A stretch of 64,000 nucleotides of DNA. Origin: a virus (taxonomy: Duplodnaviria > Caudoviricetes). A program made the translations under genes and the position numbers. The stretch's first letter is position 1. Each line of letters starts with the position of its first letter. Where the stretch lies: positions 32,001 through 96,000 of IMG/VR virus record IMGVR_UViG_3300028833_000061. One strand, given 5' to 3'. This document shows, one piece after another, positions 63,422 to 64,000 of this stretch. The notes beneath the pieces are model-generated. The model was not told where the DNA came from. It saw only the letters and a list, made by a program, of their open reading frames with translations, and ran no database searches.

Positions 63422-63740
63422 ACACTGCCTCCAGCTGTTTGTTTTTGAAATGATCGCAGCGGACTACGTCATACGGTACTCTCGGAAAACAGTGTGGACA
63501 TATGGTTCCGAAATTCTTGTTGTTTTCAAGATTTGTGCAACGTTTGCAAAAATTGACAAAATGCCCGGCCCGTGCTTGATATGTCTCGGGACGTATGTTT
63601 CCGTGGATGTCTCGTATCTCTGTAATACAGGCAGGATACACGTCTGTCTTGTACCACTTCTCCTTGCGTATCTCATCAATAAGTGCCTTGAGACAGTATC
63701 CAAGCAGAAACAGTCCTGCGTACAAAAGAATGTCAGTCAT
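63393..63740 (-). CDS. hypothetical protein with N-terminal TM segment and Cys pairs
   Basis: MTDILLYAGLFLLGY...CKRC...CPHC. Confidence 0.5.
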   Translation of the reverse strand: MTDILLYAGLFLLGYCLKALIDEIRKEKWYKTDVYPACITEIRDIHGNIRPETYQARAGHFVNFCKRCTNLENNKNFGTICPHCFPRVPYDVVRCDHFKNKQLEAVFEAKEGKPA

Positions 63741-63993
63741 GCTTAAGAAGTTTCGACAGCGCCCGAGCGGCAAGCCAGTGAATGCCGAATAATGGCAATA
63801 AAACAATCGCTACGACTGTAACCGTCAGCAAACCAACAACGAATATCGGCCAAAATATTGCGACAATCGCCGCCTCATCTACGTTGTCGAAGTCGAACAA
63901 CAGCGACAAAACAGTAGTGCTGTTCAGGAATCCGACAATATGAAGTTTGTACAACACAACCGTGAAAGCGACGCCGATTCCTAGATACACCAC
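63733..63993 (-). CDS. membrane protein, probably truncated by the window edge
   Basis: hydrophobic; IFWPIF. Confidence 0.5.
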   Translation of the reverse strand: MVYLGIGVAFTVVLYKLHIVGFLNSTTVLSLLFDFDNVDEAAIVAIFWPIFVVGLLTVTVVAIVLLPLFGIHWLAARALSKLLKHD

Positions 63994-64000
63994 TATCCCA

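Noticed and set aside
1-64000. Prophage/integration at a tRNA
   Set aside because: No integrase, no duplicated tRNA 3' end (att) and no host housekeeping genes; the tRNAs are interspersed with phage-type ORFs.

Overview
This window is part of a large lytic dsDNA bacteriophage genome. Every credible gene is on the minus strand, and no structural, lysis or integrase genes are recognisable. From right to left (direction of transcription) it has four parts. (i) A recombination/replication module: Rad50/SbcC, UvsW-like SF2 helicase, DnaB-like helicase, primase, family A DNA polymerase with an N-terminal UDG-like domain, putative SSB, RecA-like protein and Mre11/SbcD. (ii) Embedded in that module, a radical SAM gene surrounded by five paralogues sharing an N-terminal RxxVFETNSSS(T/M)H motif, plus a ThyX-like gene. 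(iii) An accessory region with 14 tRNA genes strongly biased to A-ending codons (including tRNA-Ile UAU), a PEP-CTERM surface protein, nucleotide/NAD-salvage enzymes and a multi-zinc-finger HNH endonuclease. (iv) A ~7.8 kb tandem array of about 32 small, translationally coupled, highly divergent Arg/Tyr-rich ORFs sharing a faint M-I-x3-R...P-x3-E-R...[FYIL]-[KR]-stop signature; this is the most unusual feature. Several intergenic regions can fold into pseudoknotted or multibranch RNAs. The PEP-CTERM gene and A/C-rich leaders suggest a PVC-type host (inference only). All calls come from reading motifs by eye; no database searches were run.
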